Notes: generated by a model not told the origin, from the sequence alone. 64,000 nt of DNA from an uncultured Pseudomonadales bacterium (GCA_964570365.1 CAZMXT010000002.1:57752-121751); one strand, 5' to 3'; positions 40,769-50,866 are shown, counted from the stretch's first letter. A program made the numbers and translations.

Positions 40769-41185
40769 ATGCCCAAGCATCAAAAACTGCTATTTGAGAA
40801 ATTGCTTCAAGAAAGTGATCTAAAAAAAACTGAATTTAGGTTACGCCTACTCAAGCTACTACAGACTTCAGCTAAACCTCTCTCTGCCCAAGAGATTCTC
40901 CTGAGGATGCGCCTCAAGCTCAAAGCTGCTGATAAAGTCACTCTCTACCGCAACTTAGAGGTATTTGAACAAAAAGGGCTAACCTGTCGGATGTACTTTA
41001 TTGGCCAAGAAGCGCTGTATGAGCTACGCTCTGATGAAAATCATCACCACCACTTGATTTGTACTCAGTGTCAAAAAGTCGAAGATGTTCCTTCTTGCGG
41101 AGTAGGGTTGCCACACACCGAGAGTGGATTTGTAACCAAACACCATCATCTAGAATTTTATGGATTATGTAAAGGCTGCCAGTAA
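40769..41185 (+). CDS. zur: Fur-family metalloregulator, probably Zur
   Basis: 138 aa; Fur fold, His-rich ENHHHHLICTQCQ and C-terminal CxxC pair; directly precedes znuACB. Confidence 0.75.
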   Translation: MPKHQKLLFEKLLQESDLKKTEFRLRLLKLLQTSAKPLSAQEILLRMRLKLKAADKVTLYRNLEVFEQKGLTCRMYFIGQEALYELRSDENHHHHLICTQCQKVEDVPSCGVGLPHTESGFVTKHHHLEFYGLCKGCQ

Positions 41186-41187
41186 TT

Positions 41188-42114
41188 ATGAAAAAAAATA
41201 TTCTACTGCTTCTTTTTACTGTGCTGGGAATTACGCTGCTGGCGAATGGCATCTTCTTTGCACGAACTTTAACCCGACTTCTGCAGCCATCTCCACCACC
41301 TCAAAAAGATTTCGTTACGACCAGCATTTATCCCTTAGGAGATTTGGTTAGACAAGTTGCTGGCAATGAACTAGAAGTGATCACGCTCATTAAGCCAGGA
41401 GCTAATCCGCATAGCTTTCAACCTTCCCCACAAGATCTCCAGCACATTGCTGGGTCTCAAGCAGTTTTTATGATTGGTCATGGCTTCGATACCTGGTTGG
41501 AGCCCTTAACAAAAAACTCTAATGCTAAGCAAGTAGTGGTAGATAAAAACGTTCAACTTCAAGCAGCGGAAGAAGATCACGAAGGTGAAGCAGAAAGTGA
41601 TGGGAATGATCCACACTACTGGCTAGATCCCAAGAACGCCGAGGGAATGGTACAGCAAATCTCCGAAGAGCTCAGTCAAGTATTTCCAGCCAAAGCAGAA
41701 GTATTTCGAGAGAACAGTCAGGCATACATTGCCTCGCTTCGGAAAACAGATCAGCAAGTTAAAGATATGCTCAGTGATCTACCTACTCGGAAGATTGCCA
41801 CCTTTCATAATGCTTTTGGGTACTTTGCCGCTGCATATGACTTAGAAGTAGTTTCGACCTTTGAAGAATTTCCCGGCCAGGAGCCAGGCCCACAGTACCT
41901 GGCTAAGTTTGAACAGAAAGTAAAGGCAGGTCAGCTGAAAGCTATTTTCGCCGAGCCGCAATCACCAGCATTAGCCCTGGAACCAATTGCCGAAGACTTG
42001 GGCGTCAAGATCCTGATTTTAGATGACCTCGGAGGAGCAGATGCTAGCCGAGATTCTTACCTCAAGCTTTTACTTTTCAATGCTCAACAAATCAAAACAG
42101 CCGCCTCGCTATGA
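41188..42114 (+). CDS. znuA: zinc ABC transporter substrate-binding protein ZnuA
   Basis: 308 aa, cluster A-I SBP with an acidic/His loop (EEDHEGEAESDGNDPHYW). Confidence 0.8.
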   Translation: MKKNILLLLFTVLGITLLANGIFFARTLTRLLQPSPPPQKDFVTTSIYPLGDLVRQVAGNELEVITLIKPGANPHSFQPSPQDLQHIAGSQAVFMIGHGFDTWLEPLTKNSNAKQVVVDKNVQLQAAEEDHEGEAESDGNDPHYWLDPKNAEGMVQQISEELSQVFPAKAEVFRENSQAYIASLRKTDQQVKDMLSDLPTRKIATFHNAFGYFAAAYDLEVVSTFEEFPGQEPGPQYLAKFEQKVKAGQLKAIFAEPQSPALALEPIAEDLGVKILILDDLGGADASRDSYLKLLLFNAQQIKTAASL

Positions 42115-42857
42115 AGACATCGTCACTGAAGCAAAAATCAGCTGCTGTTTCCTTCTCAGATGTCAGCGTCACCTACGGTGGGGATAAGCTCGCCACCGAG
42201 AATGTTAGCTTTACTGTCCCCGCTGGCTCACTGACGGTTTTAATCGGACCAAATGGCTCTGGTAAGTCCTCACTCTTAAAGTCACTGCTTGGCATTGTTG
42301 ATTACACGGGCCAGATTCAGATCTTTGGCCAAGAACCAAGGAAAAGTTATCCCCAGATTGGGTATGTGCCTCAGCGTTTTAGTTTTGATCCTACAATTCC
42401 AATTACCGTTCAAGAATTTCTCTCTATCTCCTTTCTTCACTGCGACACTCCAGTAGCGCAGCGGCCAGAACTCCTGATGAAGTCCTTGCAAGAATTTGGC
42501 GCTCTAGAGCTAGTCACCAAACAGCTTAGCCAGCTTTCAGGCGGACAACTGCAGCGAGTTTTGCTGGCTCGAGCGTTTCTTCACCAGCCTCGGTTGGTGA
42601 TCTTAGATGAGCCTGAAACTGGAATTGATGTGGAAGGTGGAAAATCTTTTTACGAGCTGCTCTTCCGCCAAGTCAAACAGGCTGGTTTAACTGCCATTAT
42701 TGCTTCACACGAACTGGAAATCGTCTCCAAGTACGCAGACCAAGTTGTGTGTATCAATAAGCAGCTTTTGTGCAGTGGCGCTCCTAAACAAATACTCAGT
42801 TCCAAGAACCTAGCGAGCGTATTTGGCTCCCATGTAGGAATGTATGTCCATCATTGA
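42111..42857 (+). CDS. znuC: zinc ABC transporter ATP-binding protein ZnuC
   Basis: Walker A GPNGSGKS, ABC signature LSGGQLQR, Walker B LILDEP. Confidence 0.85.
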   Translation: MKTSSLKQKSAAVSFSDVSVTYGGDKLATENVSFTVPAGSLTVLIGPNGSGKSSLLKSLLGIVDYTGQIQIFGQEPRKSYPQIGYVPQRFSFDPTIPITVQEFLSISFLHCDTPVAQRPELLMKSLQEFGALELVTKQLSQLSGGQLQRVLLARAFLHQPRLVILDEPETGIDVEGGKSFYELLFRQVKQAGLTAIIASHELEIVSKYADQVVCINKQLLCSGAPKQILSSKNLASVFGSHVGMYVHH

Positions 42858-43647
42858 AGTTTTAGCTCTGCCATTTTTTCAACGAGCGATTATTGGTGGT
42901 ATTGTGGTGGCTATTATTAGCGGCTTAATGGGTGTTTTTATGGTACTCAAAAAAAGCACTTTCTTTGGTGAGACGATAGCTCATGCCTCACTGACTGGTG
43001 TTGCCATTGGGTTATTACTTGGATTTGAACCACTTTTGGGCGCCATTTTATTTGCGGTTTTTCTCTCCCTGTCTCTCCCCTGGTTAGAAAAAAATACAAA
43101 CCTCTCAATGGATAACCTACTTGGTTTTACTTTGTCTATTTCTGTAGGGCTGGCTGTCGTTCTCCTCAGCTTTCTGCCTGGTTATCAACCAGAGCTGATG
43201 AGTTATTTGTTTGGGAGTATTCTGAGCGTGACGTGGTCAGGTATTGGACTGATCAGCGTCTTTGGTGTGGTTATTATTGGGGTGGTGCTTCGCTATCACA
43301 CTCTGCTGAGCGCGGTGGTTTTTGATCAGGAATACGCTCGCTTACGAGGGATCAACACATGGGTCGTGAATGCCTTGCTGAGCACCTTGTTTGCTATCAC
43401 CATCGTACTCTGCAGCCGCTTAGTTGGAGTGATTTTAGTGAATGCCTTGCTGATTCTGCCAACACTCATTGCACGCTCATATGCGCGTTCTCTGCGAGAG
43501 CTGTTCTTGCTGGTGCCACCGATTGCGGTAGGCTGTGTGATGCTGGGGTTAATTACGTCAGTAGTGATCAATATTCCCACCGGACCCACAATTGCTGTGC
43601 TGACAGGCACGATTTTTCTCTTCTCAACACTTATCCGCCGAAGGTAA
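42844..43647 (+). CDS. znuB: zinc ABC transporter permease ZnuB
   Basis: 267 aa polytopic membrane protein of the ABC-3 family; overlaps znuC. Confidence 0.85.
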   Translation: MSIIEVLALPFFQRAIIGGIVVAIISGLMGVFMVLKKSTFFGETIAHASLTGVAIGLLLGFEPLLGAILFAVFLSLSLPWLEKNTNLSMDNLLGFTLSISVGLAVVLLSFLPGYQPELMSYLFGSILSVTWSGIGLISVFGVVIIGVVLRYHTLLSAVVFDQEYARLRGINTWVVNALLSTLFAITIVLCSRLVGVILVNALLILPTLIARSYARSLRELFLLVPPIAVGCVMLGLITSVVINIPTGPTIAVLTGTIFLFSTLIRRR

Positions 43648-45349
43648 AGGCATAGGCTTCGATTCCAGGATCAAAAATTAATTCCAACGTATGACGCTGT
43701 GATGAGCTCTTCAGATCCAAAATATCATACTTACGAGGCTCAGAAACCATAATTTCTCCGCCCTGCAAAGTATCTTGTGTAAATGCAGCTTCTGGGAGTG
43801 GCTGTCCATCAAGCAGCACCCTCACTTTACCTGGACTTCCTGTAGAGCTGGCTAAAACTAGGTGGACTTTTCGTGCCAGAAAACTCAATGTCATGCGTGC
43901 ACCAGCAGCTTCTGCCCGCACATTCTCTCCCTGGACGGTCCAGTTCCCCTCTAACCCAACTGCATCATTAGCAAGTGGATCGCTCAACTGGTACAAAGCG
44001 GTCTTATCTATCTGGATGGAGTTTTGACGGGTGTAGGAGGCGGCACGCTGCCACCCTAGATAGGTTTCTGGCGTTAGCTTGACTCGCGGCGTTGCCTGCC
44101 CTTCCTCGATCTCACTTTTCTCCAACGGAGCTTCATCCAAAAGGGTTCTAATTGCATTTTCCGTTTCTAAATACTTCCCTTCACCAAAATGGCTGTAGCG
44201 AATCTGGCCATTTTTATCAATCAGATAGTGAGCTGGCCAGTACTGATTCTGATAGGCTTTCCAGATCTTAAACTCATTATCTAACACTACCGGGTACTTC
44301 AACTCAAAATCTTTCACCGCTTTCTCAACATTTGCGAGTTTTTTCTCAAACTCAAACTCAGGTGAATGGACCCCCACAATCACGAAGTCTTTGTCCTTAT
44401 ATTTTTCATGCCAAGCTCTCAGGTATGGGAAAGTACGAATACAGTTAATGCATGAGTAAGTCCAGAAATCTACCAGCACTACCTTACCTTTGAGTTCATT
44501 TTCTAGACTAAGTGGTTCAGAGTTTATCCATGCTCCCCCCGCGGTGAAGTCAGCGGCTTTTACGCCCGTAGTCTGCAGCTTTACAGGTCCAGCACTTGAG
44601 TTACCACTCAGCTTACTAAGCTCAGATCGCACAAATCTATTATCCTCAACTGCAGTTAAACCAGCGCCATATTGGGGAAACTTCTCTAGTATATAGGCTT
44701 GGAACTGACGATCTATATTAAAGAAAATTGCCATGCCAGTCAGAATCATGACTACCCCAAATATTTTCTGAATTTTATTGGTATTTCGAAGTAACCAGGG
44801 ATTTTTTTGTAGTAGTTGCCTGCCTCCATACGTGATGGCTAACATCGGAATAGCTGTACCCAGAGAATAGGCCAGTGTAATAAATAAAGTTAAGAAACCA
44901 ACCTGACTAGTCGCGGCTAAAGTAATCACTGAAGCCAGAATGGGACCCACGCAGGGGGCCCAGATCAAACCCAGACTGAGTCCGACCAAGATACCTCCCA
45001 AAAACCCAGAGTTTGAAGAATTTTTAGGAGTTAGCTGAGAGAGGCGGGAAACCAACTTTTCCAACAGAACCTGAGTCTGGGGAACCAACAAAGAGATTCC
45101 AAAAAAAATAATCATTCCCACAGCAAGAGTGCGCAGCACATCCGCGGAAAGCCCGGTTGCTTTTACTAAACTGGACAGAGCCAAAGTAAAGAAGGTAAAG
45201 CTGAGAATAAAGCCAGTTACAATTCCAAAAGGTCGCCGCTTACCTTCCCCCACCGAACCAGACAGAATAATTGGTAAAATCGGCAAAATACAGGGGGAGA
45301 GGATCGTTACCAATCCAGCAATAAAAGCAAATAAAATAAGTAACGTCAT
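43631..45349 (-). CDS. DipZ-like protein: CcdA/DsbD membrane domain + thioredoxin-like (CxxC) domain + C-terminal beta-rich domain
   Basis: CILPILP CcdA motif, WTYSCINC thioredoxin motif, ~150-aa C-terminal extension. Confidence 0.75.
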   Translation of the reverse strand: MTLLILFAFIAGLVTILSPCILPILPIILSGSVGEGKRRPFGIVTGFILSFTFFTLALSSLVKATGLSADVLRTLAVGMIIFFGISLLVPQTQVLLEKLVSRLSQLTPKNSSNSGFLGGILVGLSLGLIWAPCVGPILASVITLAATSQVGFLTLFITLAYSLGTAIPMLAITYGGRQLLQKNPWLLRNTNKIQKIFGVVMILTGMAIFFNIDRQFQAYILEKFPQYGAGLTAVEDNRFVRSELSKLSGNSSAGPVKLQTTGVKAADFTAGGAWINSEPLSLENELKGKVVLVDFWTYSCINCIRTFPYLRAWHEKYKDKDFVIVGVHSPEFEFEKKLANVEKAVKDFELKYPVVLDNEFKIWKAYQNQYWPAHYLIDKNGQIRYSHFGEGKYLETENAIRTLLDEAPLEKSEIEEGQATPRVKLTPETYLGWQRAASYTRQNSIQIDKTALYQLSDPLANDAVGLEGNWTVQGENVRAEAAGARMTLSFLARKVHLVLASSTGSPGKVRVLLDGQPLPEAAFTQDTLQGGEIMVSEPRKYDILDLKSSSQRHTLELIFDPGIEAYAFTFGG

Positions 45350-45401
45350 ACCTCTCCCCCTACTAAAAGTCTGCGCTGCTATGTGAGCGGCAGAGCCAAG
45401 A

Positions 45402-46025
45402 CTACATCTTGCTTGGCATTAAGACTGAGTTAATGACGTGTGTCACACCATTACTCGAGATCACATTAGGTGTGTCCACAGTGGCAGAGTTGCCCTTTGC
45501 ATCTTTAATCATGACTGTGCCATTTTGTACCACCACCATCAGTTGTTCACCTTGAACAGTCTTGAGCTTTTGACCATCTTTAAGGTCAGCCGCAACATAA
45601 CGACCGGGGACGACGTGGTAGCTCAGAAGACTCGCCAACTGCGCCTTGCTTTCTGGCTTTAACAGACCTTGAAGCGTAGCGGCAGGTACTTTATCAAAGG
45701 CTGCATTGGTTGGAGCAAAAACAGTGAAGGGACCTGGTCCACTCAGTGTCTCGACTAAACCGGCAGCTTTTACTGCACTCACTAAGGTCGTCACAGTACT
45801 CGCGTTCATCGCATTTTCCACGATGTTCTTAGAAGGCACCATCATCGCACCCCCAACCAACACGCCGTCTTCTTTCATCATGGGTGGTGTACTGGCCATC
45901 ATCGCTTGATCTGAACTTTCAATCTTACTCGATGGTGAGGCTGCAGGCGCACTCTGAGGCGAGCAAGCTCCCAAAAATAAGGATGTCATTAATAAGCCGC
46001 CAGCAAAAATTGCTACTTTTTTCAT
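45402..46025 (-). CDS. fasciclin (FAS1) domain lipoprotein
   Basis: Lipobox LGAC; FTVFAPTNAAF and NGVTHVINSVL FAS1 motifs. Confidence 0.75.
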   Translation of the reverse strand: MKKVAIFAGGLLMTSLFLGACSPQSAPAASPSSKIESSDQAMMASTPPMMKEDGVLVGGAMMVPSKNIVENAMNASTVTTLVSAVKAAGLVETLSGPGPFTVFAPTNAAFDKVPAATLQGLLKPESKAQLASLLSYHVVPGRYVAADLKDGQKLKTVQGEQLMVVVQNGTVMIKDAKGNSATVDTPNVISSNGVTHVINSVLMPSKM

Positions 46026-46180
46026 ATAAACCTTTCAAAACTGAAATTATAATTGCAATCGTAAATGAAGTCTCATCCCTCCTTCTGCTGTAGTACAGCG
46101 GTTTTTACTTTGCTTGCAGCTATTTCGAGACGAATCTAAAGTCAGGATTCAAGTAAGTCTTCATAGAATAGCACATTCTC

Positions 46181-47194
46181 GTGCTAGAATCTATGAACGT
46201 GAAAAATTCTTTGCCTCTCCAAACTCTCCAGCTCTTCGGCAGGCTTTGGGTGATCGGCACATCTGTTATTGGGACATTAGTAGTGTGGGGTTTTCTCTTT
46301 TTATTCGTGATGCTGCGAAGTTCTTCCGACCAGGGTACGGAGCCTTCTTTAAATCAAAAAACTCTTCGTCAAAATGGACCTGATAAGATTGCCGTGGTGA
46401 ACTTGAATGGACCAATCTTCGACACTGATGCAGGCCCATTTTCTGGTAGTGATGCAGCCATCTCAGCCCAACGAGTCACTCACTTACTAGAAAAGCTGCA
46501 AAATGCAGATGATGTTAAGGCCGTCATTCTCAAAATTAATAGCCCAGGCGGTGCCGTAGTTGCCTCAGATGAAATCTATCAACAGGTTAGATTGCTTCAA
46601 CAACATAAAGTGGTCGTTGCTAGTCTAGGTGACGTTGCGGCCTCCGGTGGCTACTACATTGCTAGTGGGGCAAATAAAATTGTTGCTAATCCGGCCAGTA
46701 TCACTGGCTCAATTGGGGTAATTGCTCAGCTGCCACAATTAAGTGGGCTGTATGAAAAAATCGGAGTTGAGATGCGTACTATTAAGTCTGGCGAGTTCAA
46801 AGACATTGGTTCGGAGTCACGAGACACGACGGCTGAAGAACAAGCAATTTTCGACTCCATTATTAAAGATTCTTATGACCAATTTATTCAAGCGATTGTG
46901 ACCGGTCGAAAAATGGATGAGGCGAGTGTTCGCAAACTGGCTGATGGCAGAATCTATAGTGGCAAGCAGGCAAAAGCGAACGGGCTAGTAGACGAGCTGG
47001 GTGACTTTCAAACCACTATCAAAATAACCGAAGATCTGGCTCGAATTTCCAATGCAACGCTGGTGGAGTACTCAGACCAAAGTTTTTTTGAGAGTCTACT
47101 GAGCTCAAAATTTTCTAATCTTTCTGGCTTAAAAGTTTTTGAAAAAATGATCCCTACCCAACAGTTTGGGATTTACTACCTCTTACAAATTTAA
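46181..47194 (+). CDS. sppA: signal peptide peptidase SppA (36K type)
   Basis: 337 aa, TM then the S49 peptidase core (GDVAASGGYYIA...GSIGV). Confidence 0.8.
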   Translation: MLESMNVKNSLPLQTLQLFGRLWVIGTSVIGTLVVWGFLFLFVMLRSSSDQGTEPSLNQKTLRQNGPDKIAVVNLNGPIFDTDAGPFSGSDAAISAQRVTHLLEKLQNADDVKAVILKINSPGGAVVASDEIYQQVRLLQQHKVVVASLGDVAASGGYYIASGANKIVANPASITGSIGVIAQLPQLSGLYEKIGVEMRTIKSGEFKDIGSESRDTTAEEQAIFDSIIKDSYDQFIQAIVTGRKMDEASVRKLADGRIYSGKQAKANGLVDELGDFQTTIKITEDLARISNATLVEYSDQSFFESLLSSKFSNLSGLKVFEKMIPTQQFGIYYLLQI

Positions 47195-47213
47195 CGAAAT
47201 CATCCGTCGCAGT

Positions 47214-48272
47214 TTATGCCGCTTGGGTGCTAATTTTCTGCATTAAACTCCGAGCTATTTTCTTGCCAAAAAGTCGGAACTGAGCAATAAAACCTTGGTC
47301 ATGCTCTAACTTCCCAATGACTCCGCCTATATATAATCCTGGTTGTTTCTTGGATTGATGATGTGTATCTAAATCTAAACACTCTGCTCTGTCATCTTGA
47401 CCTTCAGCCACAAACTCTTTGATCAGCTCAATGTTGGGCAGAAATCCTGTACACATAATCGGCCGAGTAGCAGAAGCGAGTTGCTGCCCTGATTCACTCT
47501 CTAGAACAAAGTGTTTATCTTGACTATAAATTCGCTTTACCCGGAAATTTTCTATTATCTTGACTAGTCCTTGCAGCTCAAGTTCTTTTACAAACTTCAT
47601 GTGCTCCTTCCATAGGCAATCCACTGGCTCTGGAACTATATAGTCATGCGCAGTCACTAAGATTACGACCCGGCCAGGTTTAGCTAGCTGCATAACTAAG
47701 CCGCTTGCCCCATTGGCACCACCCACAATCGTCACTTCGGTAGCATCTAGTTCATCTAGATAAGCCAAGCGAGCATAGTGAGTATAGGCGCCTTCAGACT
47801 CCAAACTCTCATTCGGATTCGAGTACATTCCTGTGGCCCACACCAAATACTTAGTTCTTACTTCTTCGTCTGCTCGGGTCCAGAGGACAAACTCTTGTTT
47901 TACTTGATCAAAAGCAACCTTCATTATCTGGGTATTCTGACGAGTAGGAATCTTTTTTGTGTCAGCTACATGTGCTAAGTACTTTTGATACATCCTGTGA
48001 CTAGGGTGGGGAATATTGTTAAAGACATCACTGGTTTTAACATCTGCAATCATATTATCATCATGGGATTTAGTACTTTCAGAGATCAGTCTCGTGTCAT
48101 TCGGGTACTCCAACCAGGCTTGACCTATGACTCCACGATCAATGACCAACAGTTCTTTTGGCTCTAAACCTGCATCTATCAAAGCCGCTGCAACAGAGAG
48201 ACCACCAGGGCCAGCTCCAACAATGACTACTTGAAAGAAATTAGACATGTCCCCGAGTATACGCGTAAACAA
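47214..48272 (-). CDS. FAD/NAD(P)-binding disulfide-reductase-like flavoprotein (thioredoxin reductase/YpdA-like)
   Basis: GAGPGG dinucleotide motif at the N-terminus and a second Rossmann motif GGANGASG. Confidence 0.65.
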   Translation of the reverse strand: MFTRILGDMSNFFQVVIVGAGPGGLSVAAALIDAGLEPKELLVIDRGVIGQAWLEYPNDTRLISESTKSHDDNMIADVKTSDVFNNIPHPSHRMYQKYLAHVADTKKIPTRQNTQIMKVAFDQVKQEFVLWTRADEEVRTKYLVWATGMYSNPNESLESEGAYTHYARLAYLDELDATEVTIVGGANGASGLVMQLAKPGRVVILVTAHDYIVPEPVDCLWKEHMKFVKELELQGLVKIIENFRVKRIYSQDKHFVLESESGQQLASATRPIMCTGFLPNIELIKEFVAEGQDDRAECLDLDTHHQSKKQPGLYIGGVIGKLEHDQGFIAQFRLFGKKIARSLMQKISTQAA

Positions 48273-48287
48273 ACTGGAGTAAAACTA

Positions 48288-48869
48288 TTAGAATTCTAAA
48301 AAGTTAATATCAAAAGGCAGTTTCTCGGCCCAAGAACGCAACACTTTTTCTAAGGTTGATTGAGAAGGCTTTTTGTAAAGTAAGTACGTGCCAATAGCAT
48401 TCTTTATTTTTGCCTCCTCTGCATCAGGAATGATGAACTTCCAAACTTGAATACGCGGAAAAATACTTCTAATAAAAAGAACTTGTCCAGTGTTTTTTTC
48501 TTCTATCCAAAATTGAGAAAGATCTGGCCAAAAAAAATAGCGTTCACCATACTTGATCCCAATTGTCGTAACAGAGCATAGTAAATGAGCTGGGGGCACT
48601 GCGGAAAGTATCATATATAAAAACCCTAACACCAGTAGAACCACAGCCAGTAAGATCTCCTGCAACAAAATTAACAATAACAATACTAAAAGCATCAAAA
48701 TAAATAAATGTTTTTTCTCTGAGGAAGCACGTTTTTTGGTCAATTTATTGGGTGCCTGCCACTCTACCAGCATTTTTTCCTGGACCACGTACCGATCCAG
48801 ACCTAGGGGATCCTGATAAAATTTTTCTGGGAAACTTTGATTATTAGGAAATTCTTGTGTAGGAGACAT
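48288..48869 (-). CDS. hypothetical membrane protein
   Basis: 193 aa; Leu-rich double TM hairpin. Confidence 0.45.
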   Translation of the reverse strand: MSPTQEFPNNQSFPEKFYQDPLGLDRYVVQEKMLVEWQAPNKLTKKRASSEKKHLFILMLLVLLLLILLQEILLAVVLLVLGFLYMILSAVPPAHLLCSVTTIGIKYGERYFFWPDLSQFWIEEKNTGQVLFIRSIFPRIQVWKFIIPDAEEAKIKNAIGTYLLYKKPSQSTLEKVLRSWAEKLPFDINFLEF

Positions 48870-49017
48870 CTTTATACATATCTTACGGCTTTCTTTTTAC
48901 TTTGACAATAAAACAACTTCTTACGGAGTTAGAGAGATGTCTTCAGGATTGTAAGAAATACGTAAGGATCAAGAGAAAAACAATTGAGTGCAGAGGCATT
49001 TCTTGGTAAGATACGGT

Positions 49018-49689
49018 ATGGTTTACTCAATCCTTATTGTTGAAGATGATCTTGGTGTACAAAAGTATCTCCGCGAACTTTTGCTGGATAATGGCTACTC
49101 AGTCCAAACAGCTGGAGATGGCATTACCGCATTAGAAGCAGTCAAAAACTCACTTCCCGACTTAATTATTCTTGACCTAAATCTTCCCAATATGCGCGGA
49201 GAAACTGTCTGTGCAGAAATTCGAAAAAATTACCCGGACATGCGAGTAATTATTTTAACTGCGAAAGATAGTGTCAATGATATTGTGCAAGGCTTAAACT
49301 TAGGTGCAGATGACTACATGACCAAACCATTTGTGGCAGATGAATTTTTGGCTCGTATCAAAGCCAGATTACGACGGAGAGAACAAAAATCAGCTGTCTT
49401 AACTGTAGGAGATTTAGTATTAAATACCAAAACCTTAGAAGTCCACCGAGGCGAAGAATTAATTTCTCTTACTCCTCAGGAGTTCAAGCTCCTGCAATAT
49501 TTAATGAATAACAAGGGTCAGATCTTGACTCGGGAAATGATCTTAAATCGAATTTGGATGTACTCTCCTGATATTGAAACCAGGGTCGTAGACGTGTACA
49601 TGGGATACTTGCGCAAGAAAATTGATAAAGTCAATCCGAAAAAATTACTTGTTTCGGTTCGAGGTTTTGGCTACATGATTAAGGGTTAA
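49018..49689 (+). CDS. OmpR/PhoB-family response regulator
   Basis: Receiver (ILIVEDD...D...KPF) plus winged-helix domain; the ORF opens at 48988 but MVYSILIVEDD is the likely start. Confidence 0.8.
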   Translation: MVYSILIVEDDLGVQKYLRELLLDNGYSVQTAGDGITALEAVKNSLPDLIILDLNLPNMRGETVCAEIRKNYPDMRVIILTAKDSVNDIVQGLNLGADDYMTKPFVADEFLARIKARLRRREQKSAVLTVGDLVLNTKTLEVHRGEELISLTPQEFKLLQYLMNNKGQILTREMILNRIWMYSPDIETRVVDVYMGYLRKKIDKVNPKKLLVSVRGFGYMIKG

Positions 49690-50429
49690 GTTACTGGCTG
49701 GACGGGTATAAAAATAGTTACGGAAGTTCCCTTCCCCAGATTTGAGCATAGTGCGATTTCGCCATGGTGTTGCTCTATAATTTTCTTGCTCATATACAGA
49801 CCTACGCCCATTCCTTCTTGCACATTATCAGTACTTCCTTTTTGAAACTCAGTAAATATGCGCGCCAATACTTCTTCTGACATACCTTGACCCTGATCTG
49901 TAATTTCTAAAATTAGTTGTTTCTTAGTACGTCTCAATACGATAAAAACCTCACTCAGGGATTTAGAGAACTTAGAGGCATTCTCTAAAATATTTAAAAT
50001 CACTTGTCCAATTTTATCCTTGTCACCAATAAATTGATCATTTTCTTCTGTAAGCAGATTTTTATACGAGAAAGTGCAGGATGGACAGGCAATAACTACT
50101 TCGTCAACGTTTTTTTGAACAATCAGACCAAGATTGCAATTTTCGAATGTGTATTCTAATTTTCCTGCCTGAATTCTGTTTAGTAGCAAAAGTTCATCCA
50201 CCATTCTGGTTAAGCGCAAACTCTCTTGCCGCAAACTTTTGAGCCAACCTTTTTCTTTTTCTAAGTTACTACTTACAATTCGTTTTTCCAGCAACTGTAT
50301 ATACCCATTGATACTGGTTAAGGGGGTTTTTAGCTCATGAGCGGTCATTGATAAGAACTTATCTCTCACTTGCAGGGCTTCAGTTGATTTACTGTAAAGC
50401 TGAGCCTTTCGAATCGCTAGGGTAGCCAT
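49686..50429 (-). CDS. histidine kinase core (HisKA+HATPase), probably the 3' part of a frameshifted GAF-sensor kinase
   Basis: H-box MTAHELKTPL, G-box GMGVGL; its reading frame stays open upstream to 50549. Confidence 0.7.
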   Translation of the reverse strand: MATLAIRKAQLYSKSTEALQVRDKFLSMTAHELKTPLTSINGYIQLLEKRIVSSNLEKEKGWLKSLRQESLRLTRMVDELLLLNRIQAGKLEYTFENCNLGLIVQKNVDEVVIACPSCTFSYKNLLTEENDQFIGDKDKIGQVILNILENASKFSKSLSEVFIVLRRTKKQLILEITDQGQGMSEEVLARIFTEFQKGSTDNVQEGMGVGLYMSKKIIEQHHGEIALCSNLGKGTSVTIFIPVQPVT

Positions 50430-50497
50430 TGTACCCAGGAGCTTGCATGCCTCTAAGTCTGATTTTTGCCACGCTATTTCTTTATTAGAAGAAACAC

Positions 50498-50860
50498 TCA
50501 GGACACCAATTGATTTTTTTGATAATAGAGCGGGATGAAAACAACAGACTTAATTCCTAGCTTAGCAATGATCGGCTGGGGATCAACAAGTTGTGTTGCT
50601 GAAAGGATGATCGGAGTTTTTCTCAGCGAAGCTCTGTAAATATTCCCTCTCATCCGTGGCTTGAGCTTTGCAAGTTCAGCCGAGCTAGAATACACCTTCT
50701 CTAACCGCCGACTATTCTTGAGAAAGATTGAAGCATATTTAGCATCAAGAATCTTAATTGCTTCGTTAACAATTGTTTTATACGTTTCTGCAAGACTAAG
50801 TGGCAGAAGTAGCTGAACCGCACTCTGATTTATTGTTCGAAAGACATTTTGTTTTAACAT
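50498..50860 (-). CDS. GAF-like domain fragment (5' part of the split sensor kinase)
   Basis: 120 aa ending 68 nt before the kinase ATG; an A7 run (T7 on the plus strand, 50514..50520) lies in the frame-switch zone. Confidence 0.5.
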   Translation of the reverse strand: MLKQNVFRTINQSAVQLLLPLSLAETYKTIVNEAIKILDAKYASIFLKNSRRLEKVYSSSAELAKLKPRMRGNIYRASLRKTPIILSATQLVDPQPIIAKLGIKSVVFIPLYYQKNQLVS

Positions 50861-50866
50861 TTCTTT

